A stretch of DNA of 64,000 bases from assembly GCA_963755125.1 (NCBI GenBank), contig CAVWIP010000007.1:64001-128000 (forward strand), in the 5' to 3' direction. The first letter of the stretch is position 1. Each line of letters opens with the position of its first letter. This stretch comes from an uncultured delta proteobacterium (GTDB taxonomy: Bacteria > Myxococcota_A > Polyangia > Fen-1088). The notes beneath the pieces are model-generated. The model was not told the origin of the DNA and made no database searches. It saw only the letters and a program-made list of their open reading frames with translations. This document shows, one piece after another, positions 42,047-54,114 of this stretch. A program made the translations under genes and the position numbers.

Positions 42047-44002
42047 ATGCAGAATGCCGAGAGCACGGTGCGAGAGCCCGCTGGCGGCCGGCTGCTCGCG
42101 AAGGCAGATGTGCTCTTCGTGGGCACGGCTCTGCTTCTATCGATTCTGGTTGGCGTGGCGGTCGGTGGCCCCGACTATCTGCCGACCAATGACGGACCCA
42201 ACCATGTGTTCACCAGCTATGTCGCCCGTCATCTGGACGACCCAGCCGAGAGCTGGGGGCGCTACCTGCGTCCGGGCGCTGCGTTCTCGAACATCGGTTT
42301 CCACAGCCTGTATGGCTTCTGGATGCACTTCCTTTCGTGGCGCTCGGCGCTTCGTGCTTCACTGGTGACCATGGCGCTGCTGTGGGCCTGGGGCGTGGCG
42401 GCTCTCGCCGCAGCGTTGGGCCGCCGACGCCTCTGGCTGGGACTGTTTGGCTTTGCCGGCGCGGTTCAGTGGATCCTGTACATGGGGCTCTTCTCATTCT
42501 ATCTGTCCACGGCGTTCGGGTTTTTCGCGATCGCTCTGGCGATGTTCTGGCCATCCTGGCCGTGGTACAGGCGCGGGATGCTGGCAGCCTGCCTGCTCGG
42601 CCAGGGAATGCTCCACCCCGTCCCTGCCATGCTGACGGCGTCCGTAATCGCGGCCGTCGGCCTGTCGCGAGCGCGGTGGCAGGGGTGCTTGCGAGAGCTG
42701 GGCCGCCTGGTCCTGATGGGTGCGCCGCTGGTCTTGCTCGGTCTGGCCAACACCAACCATCTCCGCCCCGGCGCTGAGTCTTGGATCCCGTCGCTCGCGG
42801 AGCGGGCTGGGCTGGCCGTCCGCGCCTTCGTCTCTGGTCCGGCATGGCGATCGTGGACTATCATCGTCGCCGCCTTGGGCAGCGCGGGGCTGGCGCTTGC
42901 CGGCCGACGGTGGCGACAGGATCCAGCCGAGGGAGCGCTCCTCATGGTGGGAATCGCTTTTGCGGCCACGGCGGTGTTCGCACCTGTTCACCTGCCGGGC
43001 TGGCAATTCTTTAACATGCGCTTCTCTCCAGTGGCTGCAGTGCTGCTCGTGGTGCTGCTGCCGATCGAGAAGATATCCTCGGTCCGCCTGCGGGGTGCCG
43101 TCGCGGTCTCGCTCTTCGTCTATGCCACGGCCTCCAACGCATGGGCGATCGGCTACGGCCGGCGGTTGCGTGAAGCCAGCGTCGATCTGCTGTCCGGCCT
43201 CGATGCGCCGATCCGCCGGACGGGATTCCGACTGCCGCTCATCATCGAACCCCGCGCGGGCGAGCCACAGGAAAAGTGGGCGAGGACGATTCCGTACGCC
43301 ACCGCCAACTGGAACATGGGGTCGATCTTCGCGCTTGCCCAGGGCGGGGTCCCTATCTACACGTTCGCTGAGTCCGAGGACGTTCATCAGGTGTTGTGGC
43401 GCCCAGCCAGCCAGATCGGGCCGCTCCCACCACACCCGGAGCGAGGCTTTGAGTGGTGGCTCTCGGAGCCGGAGATACTGCGCGTGCCCGGAGCAAGAGA
43501 GAAAGAGGTCGTCCACCTGCTGTCATACGCGCCCTACTACGAAGACGTCATCTTCTACGGACGTCCTGAAGAGGTCGAATGGTTGCGTGCATGGCGCTTC
43601 CACATCGACTACCAGCGCGGTGGTCTGGCTATCGCGCGGTTTCAGGCCTGCCCGGTCGAGTTGGAGATCTTGCCCGACGAGCGCGGCCATCGCCCGACAC
43701 TTCTCCAGTTCGGGTGGGCACCGGCCGAGACGGCGACCTTCGTCATGAACCTGCCGCCCCAGCCAGGGGCCACGACGCCGCGCCGGATCCCGGTGGCCGA
43801 GAGTGGATGCGGCGAAGTCTGGTTTCGCGTGCTCTTCGATGAAGATCGTGACGGCCAGGCGTCTCCAGGGGACGCAACCTGCCGCGAGGCCAGCCCGGCC
43901 GGAGTCGTCTTCATTCCCTCGGGCTCCCGTCGGGCGATCTGTACCCCGTCCCAGGCCCTGCTCGTGCGCGCCACCGACACCAGCATACGTCCCGCTCGCT
44001 AG
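42047..44002 (+). CDS. Multi-TM membrane protein, possibly GT-C-fold
   Basis: YLPTNDGPNH after TM1, MGLFSFY, roughly ten TM segments and a soluble C-terminal region. Confidence 0.65.
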   Translation: MQNAESTVREPAGGRLLAKADVLFVGTALLLSILVGVAVGGPDYLPTNDGPNHVFTSYVARHLDDPAESWGRYLRPGAAFSNIGFHSLYGFWMHFLSWRSALRASLVTMALLWAWGVAALAAALGRRRLWLGLFGFAGAVQWILYMGLFSFYLSTAFGFFAIALAMFWPSWPWYRRGMLAACLLGQGMLHPVPAMLTASVIAAVGLSRARWQGCLRELGRLVLMGAPLVLLGLANTNHLRPGAESWIPSLAERAGLAVRAFVSGPAWRSWTIIVAALGSAGLALAGRRWRQDPAEGALLMVGIAFAATAVFAPVHLPGWQFFNMRFSPVAAVLLVVLLPIEKISSVRLRGAVAVSLFVYATASNAWAIGYGRRLREASVDLLSGLDAPIRRTGFRLPLIIEPRAGEPQEKWARTIPYATANWNMGSIFALAQGGVPIYTFAESEDVHQVLWRPASQIGPLPPHPERGFEWWLSEPEILRVPGAREKEVVHLLSYAPYYEDVIFYGRPEEVEWLRAWRFHIDYQRGGLAIARFQACPVELEILPDERGHRPTLLQFGWAPAETATFVMNLPPQPGATTPRRIPVAESGCGEVWFRVLFDEDRDGQASPGDATCREASPAGVVFIPSGSRRAICTPSQALLVRATDTSIRPAR

Positions 44003-44073
44003 ACCACCGCACTTGGTGGGCAACCGCGGGATGCACTCAAGCTTCCGTGGCGTCGGGCCGGGGATGGGATAGC

Positions 44074-45069
44074 ATGGCCACCGTGCGCGACGGACTGCTT
44101 CCCTACCTGCGCTGCCCCCTCTGCCAAGGAAACCTCGCCCTCACGGCGGACGAGCGCGAGGGCCCGCACGTCATGCGGGGACACCTGCTCTGTTCCCCCT
44201 GCCGGCGCGACTACCCCATCGTCGGGGGCGTTCCGCGTCTCTTGTCGCGCGAGCTGCCGCCCGACATGGCGCACACCGCGCGCAACTTCGGTCAGTCGTG
44301 GCGAATGTGGAGCCAGATCCACGACGAGCGCTATCGCTGGCAGTTCTTGCGCTGGATGCAGCCGCTGCAGCCGGCGGATTTCGCCGATCGGCTGGTGCTC
44401 GACATGGGCTGCGGCAAGGGTCGGCATCTGCGGGTGGTCTCGCAGTTCGGTGCACGCGAGGTTATCGGCGTCGATCTCAGCGAGGCCGTGGATGTCGCTT
44501 TCGCCAACACGCGCGACATCGCCAGTGCGCACGTGGTCCAGGGTGACATCTTTCATCTGCCGGTGGTGCGCGACTTCGACCTGGCCTTCTCCATCGGCGT
44601 CATCCATCACACGCCCGATCCGGCCGGGGCCTTCGCGGTGCTGGCCGATCACGTGCGGCCGTGGGGCACGGTGGCCTGCTGGGTTTACGGCCGCGAGAAC
44701 AATGGCTGGATCGTCAACGCTGTGGATCCGGTTCGCGTCGGCGTCACCAGTCGCCTGCCGCCGTCGGCGGTGCGGGTCCTGTCATTCGGCCTGACTTCGG
44801 TCCTGTTCGCCGGCATCGGCCTGGTGTACCGGCCGCTCGGCAAGCTGGGCCTCAAGCCGTTCTATGCCGACTACCTGCTCTACCTGCGCGACCTCGGTTT
44901 TGCCGAGACCCACAACATCGTGTACGACCACCTGATCGCGCCCACCGCGGTCTACCTGCCGCGCGCCGAGGTCGAGCGCTGGTTCGACACCGCCGGCATC
45001 ACGGCGCGTTCGCTGACTTGGGTGCAGAACGTGAGCTGGGCCGGCGTGGGACGGAAACCCGCGGCTTGA
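44074..45069 (+). CDS. Class I SAM methyltransferase with N-terminal Trm112-like zinc ribbon
   Basis: LRCPLC...LLCSPCRRDYPIVGGVPRL, VLDMGCGKGRH and IGVIHHTPDP. Confidence 0.9.
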   Translation: MATVRDGLLPYLRCPLCQGNLALTADEREGPHVMRGHLLCSPCRRDYPIVGGVPRLLSRELPPDMAHTARNFGQSWRMWSQIHDERYRWQFLRWMQPLQPADFADRLVLDMGCGKGRHLRVVSQFGAREVIGVDLSEAVDVAFANTRDIASAHVVQGDIFHLPVVRDFDLAFSIGVIHHTPDPAGAFAVLADHVRPWGTVACWVYGRENNGWIVNAVDPVRVGVTSRLPPSAVRVLSFGLTSVLFAGIGLVYRPLGKLGLKPFYADYLLYLRDLGFAETHNIVYDHLIAPTAVYLPRAEVERWFDTAGITARSLTWVQNVSWAGVGRKPAA

Positions 45070-45114
45070 CCTGGCCCCGGCCGCCGTCGAGGATTTCCGC
45101 GCGGGTCGAGCCTG

Positions 45115-46020
45115 CTAGCGCGGGCGCGCGAGTACGAGGATCGACGTGCCGAGGGGAAGGTTCCCGTATCGCAGCCAGCCGCGCTCGGGCGCCAGCAGGC
45201 CCAAGACCAGCCCGCTCAGTGCCCGCGAGGTCTTGGCCTCAGCCAGATCGGTGATGGCGCCGGGCGGGTCGATCCGGCCGCCCAGCTTGCGCCCTGCGAG
45301 CCGTAGCGCCTTCACCGCGGCCGCGGCGAAGAAGAGCGGAAAAAAGAAGCAGGTCGTGCGGATCGCCTGGAAGCCGGTGTCCTCGCACAGCCTGCGCGCG
45401 GCGGTCAGCGTGTAGCGGCGCTTGTGCTTCTCCAGATCGTCCCACGGCGACCACAGCGCGGGGAAAGCCGGCACGGTGAACAGCACGAAGTCGTAACACT
45501 CGGGGCCGCAGCCAGTCTGGGCACGCCTGGCGGCAGCGTCCTGCATGCGGTCGTGCAGGGCCCGCATCACAGCCACGTCGTCGGGTAGGTGTTCCAGTAC
45601 GTCGAGCAACAGATATCCGTGGTAGTCGTCGACCGGAAAACCGCGCGTGATATCGACGCGGATGAAGCGGGGCGCGGGCGCCCGCGAGCCCATGGTCGCC
45701 TGGAAGCGCTGACGGGCGACCTGCAAGGCCTCGGTGTGTACGTCGGCATAGTCCACCCGGTAGCCGTGCTGGTTGAGATGGGTCGCCACGACCCCTGCGC
45801 CACAGCCCAGGTCGACCAGCGGGCGGCGGCGATCGGTGGAGTGGCCCTGCAGGATCTGCAGGATCACGGTCTTGCGGTAGCGGTGCCAGTAGTGCTGGTC
45901 TTCCAGCCAACTCCGGATCTCGAATTCACGCCGATCGAAGTACGCGTCGAGATCCTTGCCAGACTCGCCGATGAGATCGATGACGTCGGACCCCGGCAGG
46001 CATTGAGACGGCTGCGACAT
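45115..46020 (-). CDS. Class I SAM methyltransferase
   Basis: EDQHYW, VDLGCGAG, LDVLEHLPDD and TVPAFPALWSPWD...HKRRY. Confidence 0.88.
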   Translation of the reverse strand: MSQPSQCLPGSDVIDLIGESGKDLDAYFDRREFEIRSWLEDQHYWHRYRKTVILQILQGHSTDRRRPLVDLGCGAGVVATHLNQHGYRVDYADVHTEALQVARQRFQATMGSRAPAPRFIRVDITRGFPVDDYHGYLLLDVLEHLPDDVAVMRALHDRMQDAAARRAQTGCGPECYDFVLFTVPAFPALWSPWDDLEKHKRRYTLTAARRLCEDTGFQAIRTTCFFFPLFFAAAAVKALRLAGRKLGGRIDPPGAITDLAEAKTSRALSGLVLGLLAPERGWLRYGNLPLGTSILVLARPR

Positions 46021-46154
46021 CGCACGGCCACGTTGGCACAACCCCGGGCGGAAGGCTACTCCAGCACTGCACAGCGATCGCACGAGGGCCGTACCAGCCA
46101 GCCGTCGCTGGGAAAGCATCGGTGCGAAGGGATCGGGTGTATCATCACGAGGTC

Positions 46155-47165
46155 GTGGATCGCACGCGTTCGGTTTCCATCGTCGTCCCCTGCTACAACG
46201 AAGCGGAATCGCTGCCCCACCTTCTGTCCAAGCTGGACGCCGCGGTCGCCGACCTGGCCGCGCACGGCATCAAGGCGGAGGCCATCTTGGTCGACGACGG
46301 CAGCCACGACGGGTCGCCGACCATCCTGCGCGAGGCGACGGGAACGCGCCCTTACCTGACCGTGATCGGGCTGGCGCGAAACTTCGGGCAGACCGCCGCC
46401 ATGTCCGCGGGATTTGATGCCGCCCGCTCGCAGGTGGTGGTGCCTCTCGACGCTGACCTACAGAACGATCCTGCCGACGTGCGCACCCTGGTGGACAAGC
46501 TGGACCAGGGATACGACGTGGTGTCGGGCTGGCGTCGCCGCAGGAAGGACACCTTGATCACGCGGAAGGTCCCTTCCTGGCTTGCCAATGCTCTCATCTC
46601 GGCGGCATCGGGGGTGCGGCTGCACGACTACGGTTGCACGCTCAAGGCGTACCGCCGGCCCGTCCTGCAGGGCATCCACCTGTATGGCGAAATGCACCGG
46701 TTTATCCCGGTATACGCCGCGCACCGCGGGGCCCGCGTGGCTGAGGTCGAGGTGAGCCACCATGCGCGCAAGCACGGCCAGAGCAAGTACGGCCTGGGGC
46801 GCGTGCCCAACGTCGTTCTCGACCTGCTGCTGTCACAGATGCTGTGGAAGTACGGCACCAAGCCCATGCACATCTTCGGCAAGTTCGGCCTGCTCAGCAT
46901 GCTGGGCGCACTTGTTTTTTTCGCCGCGATGGTCTGGTACAAGTTTTGGGGCGAGAAGGATTTTGTTGCGACGCCGTTGCCCCTGCTGGTGGTGGTGTCC
47001 TTCCTGGTCGGCTGCCTGTCCATCCTGATGGGGCTGCTGGCCGAGATAACCATGCGCACGTACTACGAGGCGTCGCAGACAGCCACCTACGTGGTGCGCG
47101 ACATCTGTCGCGGCGGCCAGGTCAGCGAGGGTCCGGCCGCGCCGCCATCAATCCCGTTTGCCTGA
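46155..47165 (+). CDS. GT2 polyprenyl-phosphate glycosyltransferase (ArnC/GtrB-like)
   Basis: VVPCYNE, VDDGSHD, RNFGQTAA, DADLQNDP and two C-terminal TM segments. Confidence 0.92.
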   Translation: MDRTRSVSIVVPCYNEAESLPHLLSKLDAAVADLAAHGIKAEAILVDDGSHDGSPTILREATGTRPYLTVIGLARNFGQTAAMSAGFDAARSQVVVPLDADLQNDPADVRTLVDKLDQGYDVVSGWRRRRKDTLITRKVPSWLANALISAASGVRLHDYGCTLKAYRRPVLQGIHLYGEMHRFIPVYAAHRGARVAEVEVSHHARKHGQSKYGLGRVPNVVLDLLLSQMLWKYGTKPMHIFGKFGLLSMLGALVFFAAMVWYKFWGEKDFVATPLPLLVVVSFLVGCLSILMGLLAEITMRTYYEASQTATYVVRDICRGGQVSEGPAAPPSIPFA

Positions 47166-47295
47166 CTCCTCGGCGCGTGGCGAGCACCTACTGGCGCCGG
47201 TACGTGGCGGACGGGAATACTCTGGCTACCGGATGCGCACCCTCACGTCAACCTGAGGAATGTACGGCTGCGGGGGCGGTTGGCTGGCCGCGCGC

Positions 47296-48780
47296 TCAGT
47301 TACCCACGGACGCCATCTCGTACAGCCCGATGCCCCTTTCCGCGGCGATCCTCCCGGTCACCAGCAGCTCGGGGGCGCGGGCGAGCACGCCGTCGGGGAC
47401 GGCGACGACCAGTCGGCCGGGCGGCCAGGGCGGCCCTTTCACGACGGTGTGGTCGCCGGCGAAGACGTCGACGTCGCCGACGATCACCGCCATTCGCGCC
47501 GACGTCGTCAGCAGCCGCCAGCGATGGTCGGCGTGGTAGCCGAGGGCAGGCGCGTAGAAGTCGAGCGAGTAGACCGGCTCACTGGGGGCGAGAACGGCGG
47601 CGGCGGAGCGTCCGAGCGCGACCAACTGCGGCGCCGGCAGGACGCTGCCGTCGAACGGCGGCTGGCTCAGCCCGGTGCTGACCAGAACCAGCGCCGCCGC
47701 CGGCGCCACGACCGCCGCCAGCGCGCCCCTGCCGCGCCGTTCCGCCGCCTCCTGGAGCCGGGCAACGACGCCTCCGGCGCACAGGCCGAGCGCCGGGTAG
47801 ACGGGCAGGAGGTAGTGGGCGAGGCGCGTGCCGAGGAGCGACAGGCAAGCGAGGACGACGAGGACATAGCTCGCCGGCACGAGCAGCGCGCTCTCGCCGC
47901 CGCGGCGTTCGCGCAGGCCGAAGACCGTCGCCGCGACCAGCACGGCGACCGCCGCCAACGCGAAGGCCCAGCCCTCGTCGCGGACGATGTGGACGACGTA
48001 GGCGCCCGCGCCGCCGGACAAACCGACCCCGGGCAGCTCGCCCCAGGCGCGCGCCAGCAGCACTTGGCCGAAGTGGTCGTGGAGGAAATAGCGCCCGAAG
48101 CGGACGAAGCTGTAAACGTAGTAGGGCGCAGCAAGCGCGACGAGGACCGCGCCGCCGACGAGGAGCGGGCGGACGGCCGCGCGGCGATGGCGGCGGACCG
48201 CCGCGAGCAGCCATGGCGCCAACGCCAGCGCCGGGATCGCGGCGGCGAGGCTCTTGGTTGCCAGCGCCAGCCCGAGCGCAGCACCGACCCACACCAGCGG
48301 CCGCGGCGACGCCAAGGCGACGGCCGTTGCGACCACTGCCGCGGTGCAGGCGAGCACGAACGGCGGGTCGGACCAGGCCAGCCGCCCGTAAGTGAGCCAT
48401 GCCGGCGCCGCGGCGACGGAGAGCATCGCCACCGCCGCCGCGGCCGCCCGGCGGTGGAGCCGGAACACCGCGAGCCCGACCAGCAGGGTCGTCAGCCAGG
48501 AGAGCAGCACCGGCAAGAGACGCAACCCCGCCGCGCCGGGGACCACGCGCGCGACCAGCGCATAGGCCGCGACCGGCCACACCGGCCGCTGCGTCACGAC
48601 GGCGTCGTGGTAGCGGAGCGTGAGGTAGTCGCCTGTCGCGTGCATCGACCGCACGAACTCGGCGTAGATCGCCTCGTCGCCGTTGCCCACCGGGGCGCCG
48701 AGGTCGTTCGTCAGTAGGACGAGGACCACCGCGGCGGCGAGGAAGATCGCGAACAGTCCGTCCAGATGGCAGCGGCGCAC
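47296..48780 (-). CDS. ArnT/GT39-like membrane glycosyltransferase
   Basis: GDEAIYA after TM1, GRLAWSDP, ALATKS, HYLLPVYP and multiple TM segments. Confidence 0.85.
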   Translation of the reverse strand: MRRCHLDGLFAIFLAAAVVLVLLTNDLGAPVGNGDEAIYAEFVRSMHATGDYLTLRYHDAVVTQRPVWPVAAYALVARVVPGAAGLRLLPVLLSWLTTLLVGLAVFRLHRRAAAAAVAMLSVAAAPAWLTYGRLAWSDPPFVLACTAAVVATAVALASPRPLVWVGAALGLALATKSLAAAIPALALAPWLLAAVRRHRRAAVRPLLVGGAVLVALAAPYYVYSFVRFGRYFLHDHFGQVLLARAWGELPGVGLSGGAGAYVVHIVRDEGWAFALAAVAVLVAATVFGLRERRGGESALLVPASYVLVVLACLSLLGTRLAHYLLPVYPALGLCAGGVVARLQEAAERRGRGALAAVVAPAAALVLVSTGLSQPPFDGSVLPAPQLVALGRSAAAVLAPSEPVYSLDFYAPALGYHADHRWRLLTTSARMAVIVGDVDVFAGDHTVVKGPPWPPGRLVVAVPDGVLARAPELLVTGRIAAERGIGLYEMASVGN

Positions 48781-48938
48781 GCCCGCAGCTTAGGGGGACA
48801 GGCTCGTCGATCGCAAGACCCGAAAGAAACTTGTCGTTGACGGGTGTTTTCCGACGATAGCGATGATGGACAGCGGGCCTGCCCGGCATGTCTCGCCATC
48901 GTGCACGATCGCACAATGGCGAACACTGCGCACCGCCA

Positions 48939-50855
48939 TCAGGCCCAGCGGCCCAGCCAGCGTTCGAACGTCAGCAGCGTCCACAGGGCCTTGCGCCGGT
49001 CGCGGCGGCCGGTGAGATGGTCTTCGATCAAGCGCTGGACGTGGTCGGGCTGGAAGAAACCCTCGTGGCGTAACTTGTCTGGCGCCAGCTCGTCGCGCAG
49101 CATGGGCGCCAGATCCTCGCGCATCCAGCGCGCCACGGGCACGCTGAAGCCCTGCTTGCGCCGTCGTAGGATGGCGTCAGGCAGACGGCCGCGCATGGCC
49201 TTCTTCAGGACGAACTTCGCGGTCAGTCGGCGCTGGCGCAGTTGCACCGGCAGACGGCACGCAAACTCAACCACCGCGGTGTCGAGGAAGGGCGCACGCA
49301 CCTCCAGTCCCACCGCACCCGCCGCCCGATCCACCTTGGTGTTCACGTCATCGGGCAAGTAGAAGCGCGCGTAGAAATCCATCAAACGATCCCAGGGAAG
49401 CCGGGCCGGGCCGTCGCGTTCGCGGCGGTCCACGTCGTCCAGCGGATCCCCACCCGCGGCCTGCAGCACCTCGGGAACCAGCAGTGCGCCCAGCTCCTCG
49501 GGAAGGAACGACGCCATCCAGCGCTGGTGGCGGCGCGGGCCGGCCACCGGGCCGCCGCGCAGGAACTGGCGGATCTGGAAATCCAGGCTGAAGTAGCCGG
49601 TGCGCGCAGGCAGCAGCCGGGCCACGCGCTCGATCAGACTGCGGGCCGGGGCCGGCGCGCGGTCGAAGAACAGACGGCCAAAGGGTTCAGCGCGGAAGGT
49701 CTGGTAGCCGGCAAACAGCTCGTCGCTGCCGTCCCCGCCCAGCGCAACCGTGACGTGGCGACGGGTGAAGGTGGACAGCAGATAGGTGGGCACGATGGAC
49801 GCGTCGGCCAGCGGCTCGTCGAGAAAATCCGTTACCATGGGCAGAATGTCGAGCAGCGCGCGGGCATCCAGGCGTTCCTCGCTGTGCTCCGTGCCCAGGT
49901 AGGCCGCCACGGCCCGGGCGTGGCTGGTCTCGTCGAACGACGCATCCGAGAATCCGACCGAGAAGGTGCGCACGCGGCTCGCACCGGCCAACTCGGCGGC
50001 AAAGGCCGCCACCGTCGACGAGTCGATGCCGCCTGACAGGAACACACCCACCGGCACGTCGGCGACCAGACGGCGCGCGACTGCGTTGCGCAGCAGAGTG
50101 CGCAGGCGCTCGGCCGCTTCGTCCTCGCCCCAGCCGGCCGGCTTGTCGGCAAAGGGTAGCTCCCAGTAACGATCGATGCGCGGCTCGACCGCGCCCGTGG
50201 CGGCCACCTGCAGCACCAGGCGGTGAGCTGCGGGCAGCTTGCTGGTTCCGCGGAAGATGGCCTGGGGGGCGGGTACGTACTCGTAGGCCAGGTAGCGGGA
50301 CAGCGCAGCCGGGTCCACGCTACGGTCGAATCCGGGAATGCAGGCCAGCGCCTTCAGCTCGGAGGCAAAGGCAAACAGAGGAGGGCCCCCGCTCCGGCCG
50401 ATGCACGCGTGATACAGGGGCTTTTTGCCCATGCGGTCGCGCGCGGCCAGCAACCGGCGGCGCCGCGCATCCCACAGCCCGAACGCGAACATGCCGTCGA
50501 TGCGTTCGACCACGGCGTCGCCCCACTCCTCGTAGCCGTGCACCAGCACCTCGGTGTCGGTGCGCGAACGGAAACGGTGGCCACGCGCCTGCAGCTCCGC
50601 GCGCAACTCGACGAAGTTGTAGATCTCGCCGTTGAAGACGACCTGGACCGTGCCGTCCTCGTTGCCGAGCGGCTGCTCCGCGGCCGACGAGAGATCGATG
50701 ACGGCCAGGCGCCGGTGGCCCAGCCCCACGCCGGGCGCGCACCAAATGCCCTCGCCGTCCGGGCCGCGCGGGGCCAGGGCGCGGACCATCGCCGACAGCA
50801 CCGCCTGCGGGATGGGAGCACCCGCTGGATCGATGAGGCCGGCAATTCCACACAT
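48939..50855 (-). CDS. asnB: Asparagine synthase (glutamine-hydrolysing) family amidotransferase
   Basis: MCGIAG, RGPD, FNGEIYNF, FLSGGIDSS, GDGSDELFAGY and EVRAPFLD. Confidence 0.95.
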   Translation of the reverse strand: MCGIAGLIDPAGAPIPQAVLSAMVRALAPRGPDGEGIWCAPGVGLGHRRLAVIDLSSAAEQPLGNEDGTVQVVFNGEIYNFVELRAELQARGHRFRSRTDTEVLVHGYEEWGDAVVERIDGMFAFGLWDARRRRLLAARDRMGKKPLYHACIGRSGGPPLFAFASELKALACIPGFDRSVDPAALSRYLAYEYVPAPQAIFRGTSKLPAAHRLVLQVAATGAVEPRIDRYWELPFADKPAGWGEDEAAERLRTLLRNAVARRLVADVPVGVFLSGGIDSSTVAAFAAELAGASRVRTFSVGFSDASFDETSHARAVAAYLGTEHSEERLDARALLDILPMVTDFLDEPLADASIVPTYLLSTFTRRHVTVALGGDGSDELFAGYQTFRAEPFGRLFFDRAPAPARSLIERVARLLPARTGYFSLDFQIRQFLRGGPVAGPRRHQRWMASFLPEELGALLVPEVLQAAGGDPLDDVDRRERDGPARLPWDRLMDFYARFYLPDDVNTKVDRAAGAVGLEVRAPFLDTAVVEFACRLPVQLRQRRLTAKFVLKKAMRGRLPDAILRRRKQGFSVPVARWMREDLAPMLRDELAPDKLRHEGFFQPDHVQRLIEDHLTGRRDRRKALWTLLTFERWLGRWA

Positions 50856-51097
50856 GCTGCGTGCGATCTCCGCGGCTCGACAGCAGCCCGACGACTACAA
50901 TCGTTCTACTTGCCGCGCATCCAGAATCGCCGAAAGCCGCGCCTCTGTCTACGTCAAGCACGCGCGAGCGTCGCAGGCCCTGGATGGCTGCTGGCACGTG
51001 CCCGAAGCCGTCGCATCCAGCGCCGCGCATACTGAGCCTCCGCCGCCACAGTCCTGCTATCCTTCAACGCGGAACCGGAACATCGGAACAAACAGCT

Positions 51098-52072
51098 ATG
51101 GCGAATGAGAAGCAGGATGGGAAGCCGGTGGAGCGACAGCCGGATGTCGCTCCAGTGCCGGCTGCCATTAGCGATCTCGGGAGCGACTTCTACCGCGAAC
51201 TGCTCGATCACCTGGACGACTGCGTCTACTTCGTGGATCGGGATCGCCGCCTCTTGTTCTGGAACAGGGCCGCGGAGGAGCTGACCGGGTTCGCGCGCAG
51301 TGAGGTCGTGGGCCGCCGCTGCCCCGACAACATCCTGTGCCATGCGGACGTGAACGGCCGCGCCCTTTGCACCGATGGCTGCCCGCTGGAGCAGGTGATG
51401 ACCACCGGCAAATCCGACCAGGTCGACGTGTTCCTTCGCCACAAGGACGGGCACCGGGTTCCGGTGCGGGTCAAGGCCACCCCCATCCTGGACGCCCAGG
51501 GCCGCGCGGTGGGCGCTGTGGAGGTATTCAACCATCGCGTGGCGCACATCGAGCAGGCCCAACGAATCAAGGAACTGGAGCGCTTGGCACTGGTCGACGA
51601 GTTGACCCGCCTGCCCAACCGGAGGCACTTCGACGACCATCTCGGCCACCGGCTGGCGGAGTTGCAGCGGCACGGCCGGCCTTTCGGCGTTCTGATGATG
51701 GACGTGGACCTGTTCAAGCAGGTGAACGACGAACACGGCCACGAGATCGGGGACGCGATTCTGAGGCTGGTAGCGCGTACTCTCGACGCAAGCTGTCGCG
51801 CCTTCGACATCGTGGCGCGCTGGGGCGGCGAGGAGTTCGCCGCCATCATTTCGCACGTCGACGCCCGGCAACTGGTGCTGGTGGCCGAGAAGTTCCGCGC
51901 CATGGTGGCGGCCAGCGGCCTGCGCCTGCCCGAGCAGTCCCTGGGCGTCACCATCTCGGTCGGTGCCGCGGCCGCCCAGGCCGACGACACCGCCGAGACC
52001 CTGATCAGGCGCGCCGATCAGTCGCTGTACGAGGCCAAGCGCCTGGGGCGCAACCGCGTGTGCCTGGGGTAG
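51098..52072 (+). CDS. PAS + GGDEF diguanylate cyclase
   Basis: PAS motif WNRAAEELTGF, DELTRLPNRR, RxxD I-site (RAFD) and GGEEF. Confidence 0.93.
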   Translation: MANEKQDGKPVERQPDVAPVPAAISDLGSDFYRELLDHLDDCVYFVDRDRRLLFWNRAAEELTGFARSEVVGRRCPDNILCHADVNGRALCTDGCPLEQVMTTGKSDQVDVFLRHKDGHRVPVRVKATPILDAQGRAVGAVEVFNHRVAHIEQAQRIKELERLALVDELTRLPNRRHFDDHLGHRLAELQRHGRPFGVLMMDVDLFKQVNDEHGHEIGDAILRLVARTLDASCRAFDIVARWGGEEFAAIISHVDARQLVLVAEKFRAMVAASGLRLPEQSLGVTISVGAAAAQADDTAETLIRRADQSLYEAKRLGRNRVCLG

Positions 52073-52085
52073 CGGGCTCGCGCAG

Positions 52086-53477
<1,392 letters not shown>

Positions 53478-53480
53478 CGG

Positions 53481-54104
<624 letters not shown>

Positions 54105-54114
54105 GCTGCGCAGA

